Below, one piece after another: positions 34,249 to 48,779 of a stretch of DNA of 64,000 bases. The notes under the pieces were generated by a model. The model was not told the DNA's origin. It saw nothing but the letters and a program-made list of their open reading frames with translations, and did no database searches. Source of the DNA: Anaeromyxobacter sp. (GTDB lineage: Bacteria; Myxococcota; Myxococcia; Myxococcales; Anaeromyxobacteraceae). The first letter of the stretch is position 1. Every line of letters starts with the position of its first letter. Position numbers and translations under genes: made by a program. The DNA lies in the NCBI GenBank assembly GCA_049840735.1, contig JASGJN010000022.1, positions 128,001 through 192,000 of the forward strand, given 5' to 3'.

Positions 34249-34677
34249 TCAGCCGAGCCGGTCTGGCGACCCCGCGGGGACGCGGGTTCACGTTCAGTGA
34301 CGGGCCGCGACACCAGGGCCGCCTCGGTCGGGGCGCGACGAGACCCGTGCGAGCAGCGCAGCAGCGCGACTCGATCGCGGTGTTTTCACCCGCCGTCTGT
34401 TGTGCTGATAGGTGCCCCAAGGGAGGCAGTTCTCACACATTCTCAGTCTTCCGACCCCCTGGACCCGCACGGGAGGTAGACGGGAATTCACCTGTGAGAC
34501 CATGGCCTTATGAAATAGTTGGTAAAGGGGGGTGGCAACCGGAGGGGGCGTTATTATCGTCCCCATCGCTGGCGACGGCCGACCGAGCAGGGGTGCGCCG
34601 AGGGCACTTCGAGTCGTGCGGCCGTAGCGAAGCCAGCAACAAAGCCCCCAGCGGGGCAACCGGGGAAGGAAAGCACC

Positions 34678-35014
34678 ATGGCCCAGATCGATATCGAGAT
34701 TCCTGACGCCGTTCGCGGCCAAGTTCATGGAGGGCACGAGCCTCACGCCCGCCGAGCGCGCCGAGGTCCTCCGCATCGCCCAGGGCTTCGCCTGCAAGGA
34801 CTCCGCAGCCGCCGCCGGCGTGTCGCCCGAGACCATCCGGGCGCGCCGCAAGCGCATCTACCGGAAGCTGGACGTCCCGGGCTCCGGCGAGCTCCTGGCC
34901 AGCCTGCTCTCGCTCTCGCTCAAGATGCTCGCCAAGGGCGAGCGGATCGAGCCGCGTCCGGTCGCTCCGGCGCAGCCGCAGCAGGCGGTGGCCCAGCCTG
35001 CCGTGATGCGCTAG
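34678..35014 (+). CDS. Stand-alone LuxR-type HTH regulator (probable frameshift near 34718)
   Basis: [40 protein letters not shown] and ATG at 34678 lie in the adjacent frame. Confidence 0.8.
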
Positions 35015-35036
35015 CGCTCCGTCGCAGCCACAGCAG

Positions 35037-35073
35037 CACGAAGGCCACCGCGGGGGCGCGGTGGCCTTTCGTG
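35037..35073. terminator. Terminator between convergent luxR-like gene and tkt
   Basis: CACGAAGGCCACCGCG-GGGG-CGCGGTGGCCTTTCGTG. Confidence 0.7.
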
Positions 35074-35148
35074 TTCCTGGGCTTCCTGATCCCGGGCCCG
35101 CAGTCCGGCCGCCCCGCCCTGGCGAGCGGGACGGCGCGCCGCTGGCGC

Positions 35149-37153
<2,005 letters not shown>

Positions 37154-37295
37154 GGTGTGCTCCTCTAGGGGAAACGAGATGTTCCGGCTGGTTGTCCTTC
37201 AACGGACGCGCCCGATCAAGGGGAGAAGCCGGGGCCTGTGCGCCTGGAGGTCGGCTTGACAGGGCCGCGAGCGGCGCCATGTTGGGCGTCAGCCC

Positions 37296-37733
37296 ATGAC
37301 CATCCGGAAAGACTACATCCTGCGCATGATCGAGGAGCTGGCGACGGCCGTGGCCCGGGCCATGGGGTTCCGTCGCCAGGGGCTCCTGGACGAGGCCATC
37401 CGGGTGGTCGAGGAGGCCTCCCGGAGCGTGGTCGGCATGGACCTGGAGCTGGCCGGCGCGGTGGACGCCGCCACGCTGGCCGGCATGCTGACCGATCCCT
37501 CGCGGATGGCCGCCCTGGCCCGCCTCATGCTCGAGCGGGCCGAGATCGCCGCCGACCTGGGCGACGGCGCGCTGGATGCGGCCTGGCGCCGCCGGGCGGT
37601 CGAGCTGTGGCTGGAGGCCTTCGCCGCCGGGGGCGAGGCGCGCCTGGACGCGGTGGCGCGGGAGGCCGTGGTCACCGCCCCGGAGGACGCGCTCTCGCCG
37701 CGCGCCCGGGCGCTCCGGGCGCAGCTGGGCTGA
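37296..37733 (+). CDS. Conserved hypothetical helical protein
   Basis: KDYILRMIEEL N-terminal motif and typical codon bias. Confidence 0.7.
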   Translation: MTIRKDYILRMIEELATAVARAMGFRRQGLLDEAIRVVEEASRSVVGMDLELAGAVDAATLAGMLTDPSRMAALARLMLERAEIAADLGDGALDAAWRRRAVELWLEAFAAGGEARLDAVAREAVVTAPEDALSPRARALRAQLG

Positions 37734-38498
37734 CTACCACCAGCGGCGCCGCCGCCAGCCGGACGGCGACAGGAGCAGCACCGCCAGCCCCACCGCCAGC
37801 GCCACGGCCGGCCCGCGCCCGCCGCGCAGACCGCCGGCCAGCCCCCAGCCCGCCAGCCCCAGCAGCAGCACCCCGGCGCCCACCGCGGCGGGCACCTGCC
37901 AGGCCTCCGGCAGCAGCCGCAGCACCTTGAGCCCCAGCGGCGTCCCGTCATGCCCGCCGCGCCAGCCGCCTCCCCAGCCGCCGTCGAGCCCATCCAGCCG
38001 GCGCCGCTCCAGCTGGCCCACCTCGCGCGCCATCGACTCCGCCGCCGCGCGCCGGGCCTGCGCGGCCTCGGCCCGGGCCTGCTCCTCGGCGGCGCGGCGG
38101 TAGGCGTGCTGCTCCTCGGCGCGCGCGTCCTCGGCCTGCCGGTCCTGCCAGAGCCGCTCGTTGTAGGCGTGCTGCTCCGGCGTGTCGAGGTCGGCGCTGC
38201 AGCCGCCGCAGCGGGTGACGAAGAGGCCGTTCTCCATCCCGCAGCGCAGGCAGCGGTTGACCGGGCGGCGCCCGGCGGTGTCCGCCAGCTCGATGACCGG
38301 CTCCGGGTCCGGGCCGAAGCGGCCCAGCTCGGCGCCGCTGCGGCGCGGGGGGGCCGGGGCCGCGGGAGGGCGCGGACGCTCCACGCCCTCGAAGCGATCC
38401 GCCACCGTCGAGTCGTCGTCAGCCGCTGGCTCGGGCTCGCCGTCCGGCCTGCGGGCGCGCTCGAGGTGCAGGAAGCGGCGGAGCTTGCGGTCGGACAC
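37734..38498 (-). CDS. Hypothetical zinc-ribbon/coiled-coil membrane protein
   Basis: CLRCG..CGGC ribbon, coiled coil, and two C-terminal TM segments. Confidence 0.7.
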   Translation of the reverse strand: MSDRKLRRFLHLERARRPDGEPEPAADDDSTVADRFEGVERPRPPAAPAPPRRSGAELGRFGPDPEPVIELADTAGRRPVNRCLRCGMENGLFVTRCGGCSADLDTPEQHAYNERLWQDRQAEDARAEEQHAYRRAAEEQARAEAAQARRAAAESMAREVGQLERRRLDGLDGGWGGGWRGGHDGTPLGLKVLRLLPEAWQVPAAVGAGVLLLGLAGWGLAGGLRGGRGPAVALAVGLAVLLLSPSGWRRRRWW

Positions 38499-38501
38499 GG
38501 G

Positions 38502-40059
<1,558 letters not shown>

Positions 40060-40183
40060 CCAGGCCAGTCTAGCAGAGCGGCGCCGGGGCGCCTGTGGCA
40101 GGAGGTGCGACCCGTGCCCTGCGCCCGCCGCGGGCCCCAGCGGGCCGCGACCCGCGGTACGGCTCCGCGGGTAACCTGCCGGC

Positions 40184-41125
40184 GTGCGCGCCATCCTCTA
40201 CGACCGCTACGGCCCCGCCTCGCTGCTCCGGCTCGCCGAGGTGCCCGAGCCCGGCCCGCTCCGGCGCGGCCAGGTGCGCCTGCGGATCGCCTGCGCCGCG
40301 CTCAACCCGAAGGACGCGTTTGTCCGCAAGGGGCGCTTCCGCGCGCTGAGCGGGAGCGGCTTCCCGAAGCGCTGCGGCGTGGACGCCGCCGGCGTGGTGC
40401 TGGAGAGCCGCGCGGCGCACCTCGTCCCCGGCCAGCGCGCCTTCGGCTTCCTGGAGGAGTGGCGGCTCCGGCGCGGCACGCTGGCGGAGCAGGCGGTCTT
40501 CGAGGGGCACGAGCTGGCGGCCACCCCGGACGGCGTGGACGACGCCGCCGCGGCCGGCATGGCGCTGGCGGGCTCGACCGCGCTCCAGGCGCTCCGGGAC
40601 CTGGGGCGGCTCCGGCCCGGGCAGCGGGTGCTGGTGAACGGCGCGTCGGGCGGGGTGGGCACCGCGGCGGTGCAGCTGGCGAGGCTCTTGGGCGCGGAGG
40701 TGCACACGCTCACCGGGCCGGCCAACCGGCCCCTCTGCGCCGAGCTGGGCGCGCACGCCGCCTGGAGCTACGAGGAGGACGCGTGGAAGGGGCAGGGGCC
40801 GTTCGACCTCGTCTTCGACGTGTTCGGCAACCTGGCGCTCGCCGGGCTCCGCCCGCTGCTGGCGCCCGGCGGCCGGTTCATCAGCACCGTCCCGACGCCC
40901 GGGCGGCTCTTGCGCGAGGGGCTGGCCCGGCTGACCGGACGCGGCGAGCGGCTGGTGGTGGTCCGCCCCCGGACGGCCGACCTGGCGCAGCTCGCGGCCT
41001 GGCTCGCCGGCGGCCGGGTGCGGACCATCATCGACGCGCGCTTCGCGCTCGCCGACCTGCGCGCGGCCTTCGCGCGGCTGGAGAGCAAGCGGACGCGGGG
41101 GAAGATTGTCATCGACGTGGGCTGA
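40184..41125 (+). CDS. MDR-family NAD(P)-dependent oxidoreductase (quinone oxidoreductase-like)
   Basis: ALNPKD, VLVNGASGGVGTAAVQLA and RTRGKIVI motifs. Confidence 0.88.
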   Translation: MRAILYDRYGPASLLRLAEVPEPGPLRRGQVRLRIACAALNPKDAFVRKGRFRALSGSGFPKRCGVDAAGVVLESRAAHLVPGQRAFGFLEEWRLRRGTLAEQAVFEGHELAATPDGVDDAAAAGMALAGSTALQALRDLGRLRPGQRVLVNGASGGVGTAAVQLARLLGAEVHTLTGPANRPLCAELGAHAAWSYEEDAWKGQGPFDLVFDVFGNLALAGLRPLLAPGGRFISTVPTPGRLLREGLARLTGRGERLVVVRPRTADLAQLAAWLAGGRVRTIIDARFALADLRAAFARLESKRTRGKIVIDVG

Positions 41126-41128
41126 ACC

Positions 41129-41581
41129 TCAGCCCTTGCTCCCCCGCTCCAGCCAGGCCAGCGTCACCTTCCGCCCGTCCACGTCCAGCGCCGCCACCGC
41201 CCCCGGCTTGACCTCCAGCTCGCGCCCGGCCGCGTCGCAGATCACCTCGGCGAACTCCGGGTTGTGCCCCACCAGCGCGGTCCCGGTTCCGGCGGCCCGG
41301 ACCAGCGAGAGCACGTCGCGCGCGCTGGCGGCGCCCGAGGCCAGCCCCGGCTCCTCCTCGACCGGCGCGCCGGTGGCGCCGGCCAGCAGCTCGGCGGTCT
41401 GGCGGGCGCGGACGAACGGCGAGGTGACGATCCTCTTCACCGCCAGCCGCTCGCCCAGCTCGGCCAGCCCGCGGTTGAAGCGGGCCCGCCCCTCGGGCAG
41501 GAGCCGCCGGGCGGCGTCGCCCTGGGCGTGGTGCCCCTCGGCCTTGGCGTGGCGGATTAGGTAGACGCGGCGGGCGGTCAT
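41129..41581 (-). CDS. sixA: Phosphohistidine phosphatase SixA
   Basis: LIRHAKA, TSPFVRARQTA and LVGHNP motifs. Confidence 0.85.
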   Translation of the reverse strand: MTARRVYLIRHAKAEGHHAQGDAARRLLPEGRARFNRGLAELGERLAVKRIVTSPFVRARQTAELLAGATGAPVEEEPGLASGAASARDVLSLVRAAGTGTALVGHNPEFAEVICDAAGRELEVKPGAVAALDVDGRKVTLAWLERGSKG

Positions 41582-41597
41582 GTGCGCTCCCGGCGGC

Positions 41598-42926
41598 TCA
41601 GGTGCCGGCCACCATCACGCCCTCGAACACCAGCGTGGGGGTGCGCACCGAGCTGTAGGGATAGGGATTGTCGCCCACCGCCGCCAGCCGCTTCCAGAGG
41701 TCCAGCAGGTTGCCGGAGAGGTTCATCTCGCCGAACGGGCCGGCCAGCTGGCCGTCCACGATTCCGAAGCCCTGCACGCCCAGCGACAGGTCGCCGGTGG
41801 TGGCGTTGGAGTTGCCGCCCAGGAAGCCGGTCACCAGCAGGCCGTCCTTCACGTCGGCGAGCAACGCGGCGCGGCCCTTCACGCCCGGCGTGAAGACCAG
41901 GTTGGAGGGTCCGCCGGTGGTCGGCGCCATGCCGAGCTTCCGCCCGTAGTAGGTGTCCACGTAGTAGTCTCTTCAGCACCCCCGCCTCGACCACCGCGAA
42001 GCGGTGCGCCGCCAGCGCCTCGCCGTCGTGCCGGCGCGAGCCGAGGCCGCCCTTCAGGAAGGGGTCGTCGGTCATGGTGAGCAGCGGCGAGGCGACCGCC
42101 TGCCCCAGCTTGCCCTCCAGGAAGCTCCGCTTCTGCTGGAGCGCACCGGCCCCCGTGGCCTGCAGGAACGCGCTCACCAGCCGCCCCGCGGCCCGCCGGT
42201 CCACCACGATGGTGCGGGTCCCGGTGGCCACCTTGCGGGCGCCGACGCGGGCGGCGGTGCGCTCCATCGCCTGCCGCCCGATCCCGGCCACGTCGCCGAG
42301 ATCGGAGGCGTGGTGGCCGCCCCTGGCGTCCCAATCCTCCGGCCTCCGGCCGTCGGGGTCCCGGACCGAGGCCTCGGCGCCGAGGCCCAGAAGGTGGTCG
42401 AGCGCCGGGTGGCCTCGAAGCCGTCGGAGTGGACGCGGGCCACCTCGGACAGGTTGTCCGAGTACGCGGCGGTCGCCGAGAGCAGCGCCCCGGCGCCCGG
42501 CGCGGCGCGGGCCGCGGCCTCGATTCGCTGGACCAGCGCCCGGCGGCGGGGCGCATCGACGGCGGCGTGGCCCGGGTCCTCCAGCTCGAGCTCCACCGGC
42601 GGCGCGAGCTTCAAGGCGCGCTCCGGCAGCTGCCGGGCCGGATCCTCCGAGAGCACCCGGGCCAGCGCCACCGCGTCCTCGACGAAGCGGGAGAGGGCGT
42701 CGGGCCGGAGGTCGCTCGTGACCACGCGCGAGTAGCGGCCGTCGACGTACAGCTCCAGCGCCAGGGCGCGGCTGGTGGCCTCGGAGAGCTTCTCCAGCTT
42801 CCCGTCGCGCCAGGAGACCTCGACGTCGCGGTCGCTCCCGAGGGTGGCGGCCGCCGCGGCGGCGCCGCTGCGGGTGGCGAGGGTGACGGCCTGGCGGGCG
42901 TCGTCGAGCAGCGATGGGGTCTTCAT
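41598..42926 (-). CDS. pmbA: TldE/PmbA family protein (frameshifts near 42385 and 41970)
   Basis: SFLEGKLGQAVASPLLTMTDDP..GLGSR, DTYYGRKLGMAPT and NATTGDLS..EMNLSGN. Confidence 0.85.
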
Positions 42927-42935
42927 CGGTGGCTC

Positions 42936-44482
42936 CTAGCCCTGCTTCGCCTGCCCGCCAACGGTGATGGACGAGACGCGGACGGTGGGGATGCCCTGCG
43001 AGACCGGCACGCTCTGGCCGTCCTTGCCGCAGGTCCAGCCGCCCTCGTCGATGACCAGGTCGTTGCGACCATGTCCATCTGCTCGAGGACCTTGGGCCCG
43101 TTGCCGATGATGTTCATGTCCTTGACCGGCCGGGTGAGCTTGCCGTCCTCGATGAGGTAGCCGTTCTTCACGTAGAAGGTGAAGTCGCCGGCGCCGATGT
43201 TCACCTGGCCGTTGGTGAAGTTCTCGCAGTAGATGCCCTTCTTCACGCAGCCGATGATCTCCTCGCGCGCGTGGGGCCCGGGCTCCATGTAGGTGGAGCG
43301 CATGCGCGGCATCGGCGCGTGGCTACGATTCCCGCCGGCCGTTGCCGGTGGGCTTCAGCTGTAGTGCTTGGCGCTGATGGGGTCGTGCAGGTAGGTGGTC
43401 GAGCACGCCGTTCTCGACCAGGCGGGTCTGCCGGCCGAGTTCCCCTCGTCGTCCACGTTGAGGGCGCCGCGTGGCGCGGACGGTGCGCGTCGTCGACGAT
43501 GTTCACGAACGGCTCGGCGATCGGCTTGCCGACCTTGTCGGTGTAGATGGAGATGTCCTTGCGGTTGAAGTCGGCCTCCATGCCGTGGCCGATGGCCTCG
43601 TGGAGGAGGATGCCGGAGGAGCCGGCGGCCAGCACCACCGGCATCTCGCCGGCTCGGCGCCGACCGCGTCGAAGAGGATCATGGTCCGCTGACCGCCTGG
43701 CTCGACCAGCCGGTCGAGCCGCTCCTGCGTGTAGAACTCGATCCCGTCGCGGGCCGCGATGTTGTAGTCGTCCGACTCCCGCCGCCCGCCCTGCTCGGCG
43801 GTGCAGGCCACGGTAGGCGCGGGTCATGGGCTGCACGTCCTCCATGATGCGGCCGCGCGAGTCGGCGATCAGCACCGCGCCGGCCTGGTCGCTGAACGAG
43901 ACCGTAGACCTTCAGGATGCGCCTGTCGGCGGCGAAGGCCCGCGCGTTCAGGTCCCTGAGGAAGGGCAGCTTGGTGGCCGGCCGGACGTCCTCCCAGCGC
44001 GTCTCGGACCGGGTAGCGGTCCGGCGAGCGGCCCTCGACGTGGAAGCTCCGCGGGGAGCGGACCTTCATGCGCGGCGGGCGTCGGAGATGGCCGCGGCGG
44101 TGCGGGCGCAGGCGGCCAGCGCGGCCGGCGAGAGGTCCTCGGTGTAGCCGTAGCCGGTCTGGTCCCCCTTCACCACCCGGACCCCGGCCCCCAGCTCCAC
44201 CCGGATGCCGGCCCGGTTGACCGCGCCGTCCTCCAGGATGAGGTCGTTCACGATCCGGTGCTGCACGAAGACGTCGGCCGCGTCGCCGCCTCGCTCCATC
44301 GCGACGGCCAGCGTGTCGGCCAGCAGCCTCTCGGTGATGCCGAAGCGGGCGAAGTAGCCGACCGCGCCGGTCCTGGCCTCGGCGCGGGCCGCGGTGAGGA
44401 GCGCGCCGGCGGAGAGGGCCGCCAGGCCGCCGCCGGTGAGCTCGAGGAACCTCCGCCTGCCGAAGCCGTCGTGCCGGTCCAT
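42936..44482 (-). CDS. tldD: TldD family metalloprotease with Tat-like N-terminus (several frameshifts)
   Basis: GAGVRVVKGDQTGYGY, GILLHEAIGHGMEADFNRK, PRMRSTYM, GQVNIGAGDF and CGKDGQSVPVSQGIPT. Confidence 0.88.
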
Positions 44483-44596
44483 GGGCGCTCCTGGGGGAGA
44501 AGGGCCCCGGCATTCTGCCCCAGCGGGCGGCCGCCTGCACGTCCGGGATCTCCCCCAGGGCCCCGCCCCCGTCGAGAGCAGCCGCCCTGGCCCGCC

Positions 44597-45367
44597 TCAC
44601 GGCGCGCGCGACCCGGGCCCCGCCACCGCCTCCGCCCCCACGATCAGCCCCACCACCTCGTCGGCCGTGGTCTCCTTCGCGACCAGCTCGCCCACCTTCT
44701 GCCCGCGGCGCAGCACGGCGATCCGGTCGGCCACCTCGAAGACGTCGAACATCTGGTGGCTGATGAGGATGATGCCCAGCCCTTGCGCCTTGAGCGTGCG
44801 CACCAGGTCGAGCACCTTGCGCTGCTCGGCGATGCCCAGCGCGGCGGTGGGCTCGTCCATGATCAGCACCCGGGCCTTCCAGTAGATGGAGCGCGAGATG
44901 GCCACGGCCTGGCGCTGCCCGCCGGAGAGGTTGCGGATGGTGGCGCGGAGCGAGGGGATGTGGATGTCGAGCCGGTCCAGGACCTTCTGCGCCTCCTCCC
45001 GCATGGCCGCGTCGTCCAGCACCGGGAGGAACCCCAGCCGCTTCCTGAGCCGCTCGCGCCCGAGGAAGATGTTGGCGCCCACGTCCAGGTTCTCGGCCAG
45101 GGCCAGGTCCTGGTAGATGGTCTCGATGCCGGCCGCCAGCGCGTCCATGGGCGTGGCGATGCGGGCCGGGTTCCCCTCGATCAGGATTCGCCCGGCGTCC
45201 GGCGGGTAGACGCCGGAGATCATCTTGATGAGGGTGGACTTGCCGGCGCCGTTGTCGCCCAGCAGCGCCAGCGCCTCGCCCGGCCGCACGGCGATGGAGA
45301 CCTTGTCCACCGCGGTCAGGCCGCCGAAGCGCTTGGTCAGGTCCCGGGTCTCGAGCAGGAACGCCAC
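44597..45367 (-). CDS. Sugar ABC transporter ATP-binding protein
   Basis: GDNGAGKST, YQDLAL, LSGGQRQ and IMDEPTAALG motifs. Confidence 0.93.
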   Translation of the reverse strand: MAFLLETRDLTKRFGGLTAVDKVSIAVRPGEALALLGDNGAGKSTLIKMISGVYPPDAGRILIEGNPARIATPMDALAAGIETIYQDLALAENLDVGANIFLGRERLRKRLGFLPVLDDAAMREEAQKVLDRLDIHIPSLRATIRNLSGGQRQAVAISRSIYWKARVLIMDEPTAALGIAEQRKVLDLVRTLKAQGLGIILISHQMFDVFEVADRIAVLRRGQKVGELVAKETTADEVVGLIVGAEAVAGPGSRAP

Positions 45368-45371
45368 GGCC

Positions 45372-46449
45372 TCACCTCCCCTGCGCCGGGAAGGCGCGCT
45401 CCACCACCACCGCGCCCACCAGGATGGCGCCCACCAGGATGTACTTGTCGAAGGTGGGCGTGCCGGACATGCGCAGCCCCAGCTCCAGCACGGCGATCAC
45501 CAGGCAGCCCACGACGGTCCGGCCCACCGTCCCGGAGCCGCCGAACATCGAGGCCCCGCCGATCATCACCGCGGCGATGGCGTCGAGGAGGCTGGAGGCG
45601 CCGGCGTCGGCCTTGCCCGAGACGTACTTGAGCGCGTAGACCACCCCAGCCAGCGAGGCCAGCAGCGAGGAGAGGGCGTAGACGCCCAGCAGCCGCCGCC
45701 GAACCGGGATCCCGGCCCGGACCGCGGCGTCGCGGTTGCCGCCGATGGCGTACACGTGCCGCCCGAAGCGCGTGCGTGCCAGCAGGAACGCCAGCGCGGC
45801 CAGCACCAGCGCCGCCAGCACCACGATGGTGGGGACCAGCGCCAGCACCTCCACGCCGCGCTCCACCTCCGGGCGCCGGAAGAACGACACCTGCCCGCCC
45901 GGCGCCAGGTAGACGAGGTGGCCGCTGCCCAGGTCGGCCGCCAGCTGGGGCAGCCCCATGGCGTAGATGCCCTCGATCACCAGCTCGGAGACGCCGTGGC
46001 AGACGCCCAGCATGGAGAAGGTGGCGATGAAGGGCGGCACGTCCAGGTAGGCCACCAGCCAGCCGTTGACCAGCCCGGGCAGGAGCCCCAGCAAGAGCGT
46101 GACCACCACGCCGAGGAGCAGCGCCACCAGCGGCGGCGCGCCGTGGCCGGCCAGGCCGGAGATTACCTCGGTGGCCACGATTCGACGCGAAGCCCAGCAC
46201 GTAGCCCACCGAGAGGTCGATGCCGCCGGTGATGACCACGAACAGCTCGGCGGTGGCCAGCAGGAAGATCTCCACCCCGTAGAAGAGCAGGATCTGGGCC
46301 GAGTCCAGGCTGGCGAAGCCGGGCGTGGTGAAGGAGAACCAGGCCAGCTCCAGCCCCAGGAAGAGCAGCAGCCAGCGGCCGGCCAGCAGCGCCCGCGCCC
46401 GCGCGGCGGCCGAGGCGGCCGGGCCAGCCTGCAGCGCCGCGCCGCTCAT
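45372..46449 (-). CDS. Sugar ABC transporter permease (frameshift near 46183)
   Basis: ITGGIDLSVG, VPPFIAT, FGRHVYAIGGN and IAAVMIGGAS motifs. Confidence 0.9.
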
Positions 46450-47579
46450 GTGCCCGCCTCGAACAGGTCCGGGAAGAGCCGGTCGATCACCACCGCCAGG
46501 ATGAGCAGCACCCCCACCACGATGTAGCGGTAGAAGGGCTGCACGCCGGAGATGGCCAGCCCGTTCTCCATGAAGGCCAGCACCAGGACGCCCACCGCCG
46601 AGCCCAGGATGCGCCCCTTGCCGCCGGAGAGGCTGGCGCCGCCGATCACCACCGCGGCCACCGCGAACAGCTCGTACATGGCGCCGAAGGTGGTGTAGTT
46701 GCCGATGCCGGTCTGGAAGACGTTGAACACGCCGGCCAGGCCGGCCAGCGCCGAGGAGAGGACGTAGACCCGCACCAGGTGGCGGTCCACGTCGATGCCG
46801 GCGCGCACGGCCGCGTCCAGGCTGCCGCCGATCGCGTAGGTGTGCCGCCCGAAGCGGGCGCGGCGCAGCAGGAAGGCCAGCCCGCCCAGCACCACCCCGA
46901 CCAGCAGCAGCGAGCCGGGGACGGCGCGCACCAGCTCGCGCACGCGCGCGTCCGGGAACCCCTCCGGCTTGCCCAGGAAGGACACCCACTGGCCGGGCAG
47001 GATCCAGAGCAGGTAGCCGTTGCCGATGCGCGGCAGCTCCGGCGGGAGGCCCGCCACCGGGAAGCCCTCGCAGAGCCGGAGCGCCAGGCCGTTGGCCATC
47101 CCCCACATGCCCAGCGTGGCGATGAAGGGCGGCACCTTGAAGCGCGTGATCACCAGGCCGTTGACCAGGCCGGGCAAGAGCGAGAGCAGGAGCGCCGCGC
47201 CGGCGCCCAGCGCCATGGCCGCGCCGGGCGAGGCGCCGCCGGCCGCCAGCCGCTGCATCAGCGTGGCCGCCATCACCGAGGTGAGCCCGGCCACGAAGCC
47301 GACCGACAGGTCGATCCCGCCGGAGATGATGACGAACGTCTCCGCCGCCGCCAGCAGCAGGGGCAGGGTCTGCAGGTGGACCACGTTCTGGAAGTTGGCC
47401 AGGGAGAGGAAGCCCCTGCCCGTGATGCTGAAGACCACCAGCATCACGAGCAGGAAGCAGGCGGCCCAGTTGCGGGCCACGGCCCGCCCGGCGCCGGTGG
47501 CGAGCAGCCCCTCGGTCCAGCGCGCGCGGCCGGCGCGCGGCGGGCGGGCGGCGGTCCCACCGGCGGACGCGGCGGTCAT
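46446..47579 (-). CDS. Sugar ABC transporter permease
   Basis: ISGGIDLSVG, VPPFIATLG and YELFAVAAVVIGGASLSGG motifs. Confidence 0.92.
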   Translation of the reverse strand: MTAASAGGTAARPPRAGRARWTEGLLATGAGRAVARNWAACFLLVMLVVFSITGRGFLSLANFQNVVHLQTLPLLLAAAETFVIISGGIDLSVGFVAGLTSVMAATLMQRLAAGGASPGAAMALGAGAALLLSLLPGLVNGLVITRFKVPPFIATLGMWGMANGLALRLCEGFPVAGLPPELPRIGNGYLLWILPGQWVSFLGKPEGFPDARVRELVRAVPGSLLLVGVVLGGLAFLLRRARFGRHTYAIGGSLDAAVRAGIDVDRHLVRVYVLSSALAGLAGVFNVFQTGIGNYTTFGAMYELFAVAAVVIGGASLSGGKGRILGSAVGVLVLAFMENGLAISGVQPFYRYIVVGVLLILAVVIDRLFPDLFEAGT

Positions 47580-47583
47580 GCGG

Positions 47584-48552
47584 CTACTTGTAGATGTACT
47601 GCTGCATCTTGGGGTCGTCCACGTTGGCCTTGGTGAAGAACTCGAAGCCCGGGATGATCTTCTTCGGCACCTTCACGCCCTTCCGGTCGGCCAGGTACTT
47701 CACGCCCCACTCCACCGCCAGCGAGCCCATCTCGGCCGGCTTCTGCGCCAGCACCAGGTCCACCTGTCCCTTCTACGCCGCGATCAGCTCCTGGGTGGCG
47801 TCCCAGGAGGCGATCTTCACCGCGCCGGTCAGGCCGGCGTTCACCACCGCCTGGTAGGAGCCCTGGGCCGAGAACACGTTGACGCCGAAGATGCCGGCGA
47901 TGTCCTTGTCCCGCTGCAGCGCGGCCAGGGTCTGCTCCTGCGCCTTCTGCTGCACGTCCTGGCACCACTCGACGCCGACCAGCGTCAGGCCCGCCTCGGC
48001 GGCGCCGGCCTTGAAGCCCTTCACGCGCCCGGCCACCGACGAGGTGTCCGGGTTGGTGGCCTGGACGAACACCTTGCCCTTGCCGCCGACCAGCTTGGCC
48101 AGGTGCAGCGCCATCTCCTTGCCGCCCAGCTCGTTGTCCGAGCCGATGTACGAGAGCGGGAAGTCGTAGTCGCTCTTCTTGCTGTAGTCGCCGTCGCCCA
48201 GGAACGTGTCGACCGTGATGATCTCGACGCCCTTGGCGTAGATGGCCTTGAGCGGCGCCTTGAGCGCGTCGGTCGAGGTGGGGGCGATGAGCAGCAGGTC
48301 GAACTTCTGCCGGTTGACGGTGGCCTGCAGGATGGGGATCTGGTTCTCGGGGCCCCAGGCCTTGGGGTACTCGGCCACCACCAGCTCGGCGCCGAGCGCC
48401 GCGGCCTTGGCCCGGATGCCCTTCTCCATCGTGAAGTAGAACGGGTCCGCCACGCCCGGCATGAAGAGGATCCTGGGCTTCGCGGCCTGCGCGGCCCCCG
48501 GCACCAGCGCGAGGCACAGCGCGAAGGCGAACGGCACGAGCAGCTTTCTCAT
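47584..48552 (-). CDS. Sugar ABC transporter substrate-binding protein, RbsB-like (frameshift near 47773)
   Basis: Signal peptide, DPFYFTM, ITVDT and IGSDNELGG. LAQKPAEMG lies in the shifted frame. Confidence 0.9.
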
Positions 48553-48779
48553 GGAAGTCTCCCCCGGCGGGATGGAGTCCGCGCCGCGGGGCGGAGCATC
48601 CCGCTTCCGCCGCAGCGCGGCCACACGCAGCTTTGCGGAGCCCCGGGTGTGACGGTGGGTGACGGGCGCCCCGCGGGACGTCCTTGGCCCCGTACACACC
48701 AGTAAGCGTGACTCCGCCCGGTCCGCGGCTTGTCGGCGTTCGGGTACACTGGGGGCCGCCACACGTACCGGGGGTCCGC

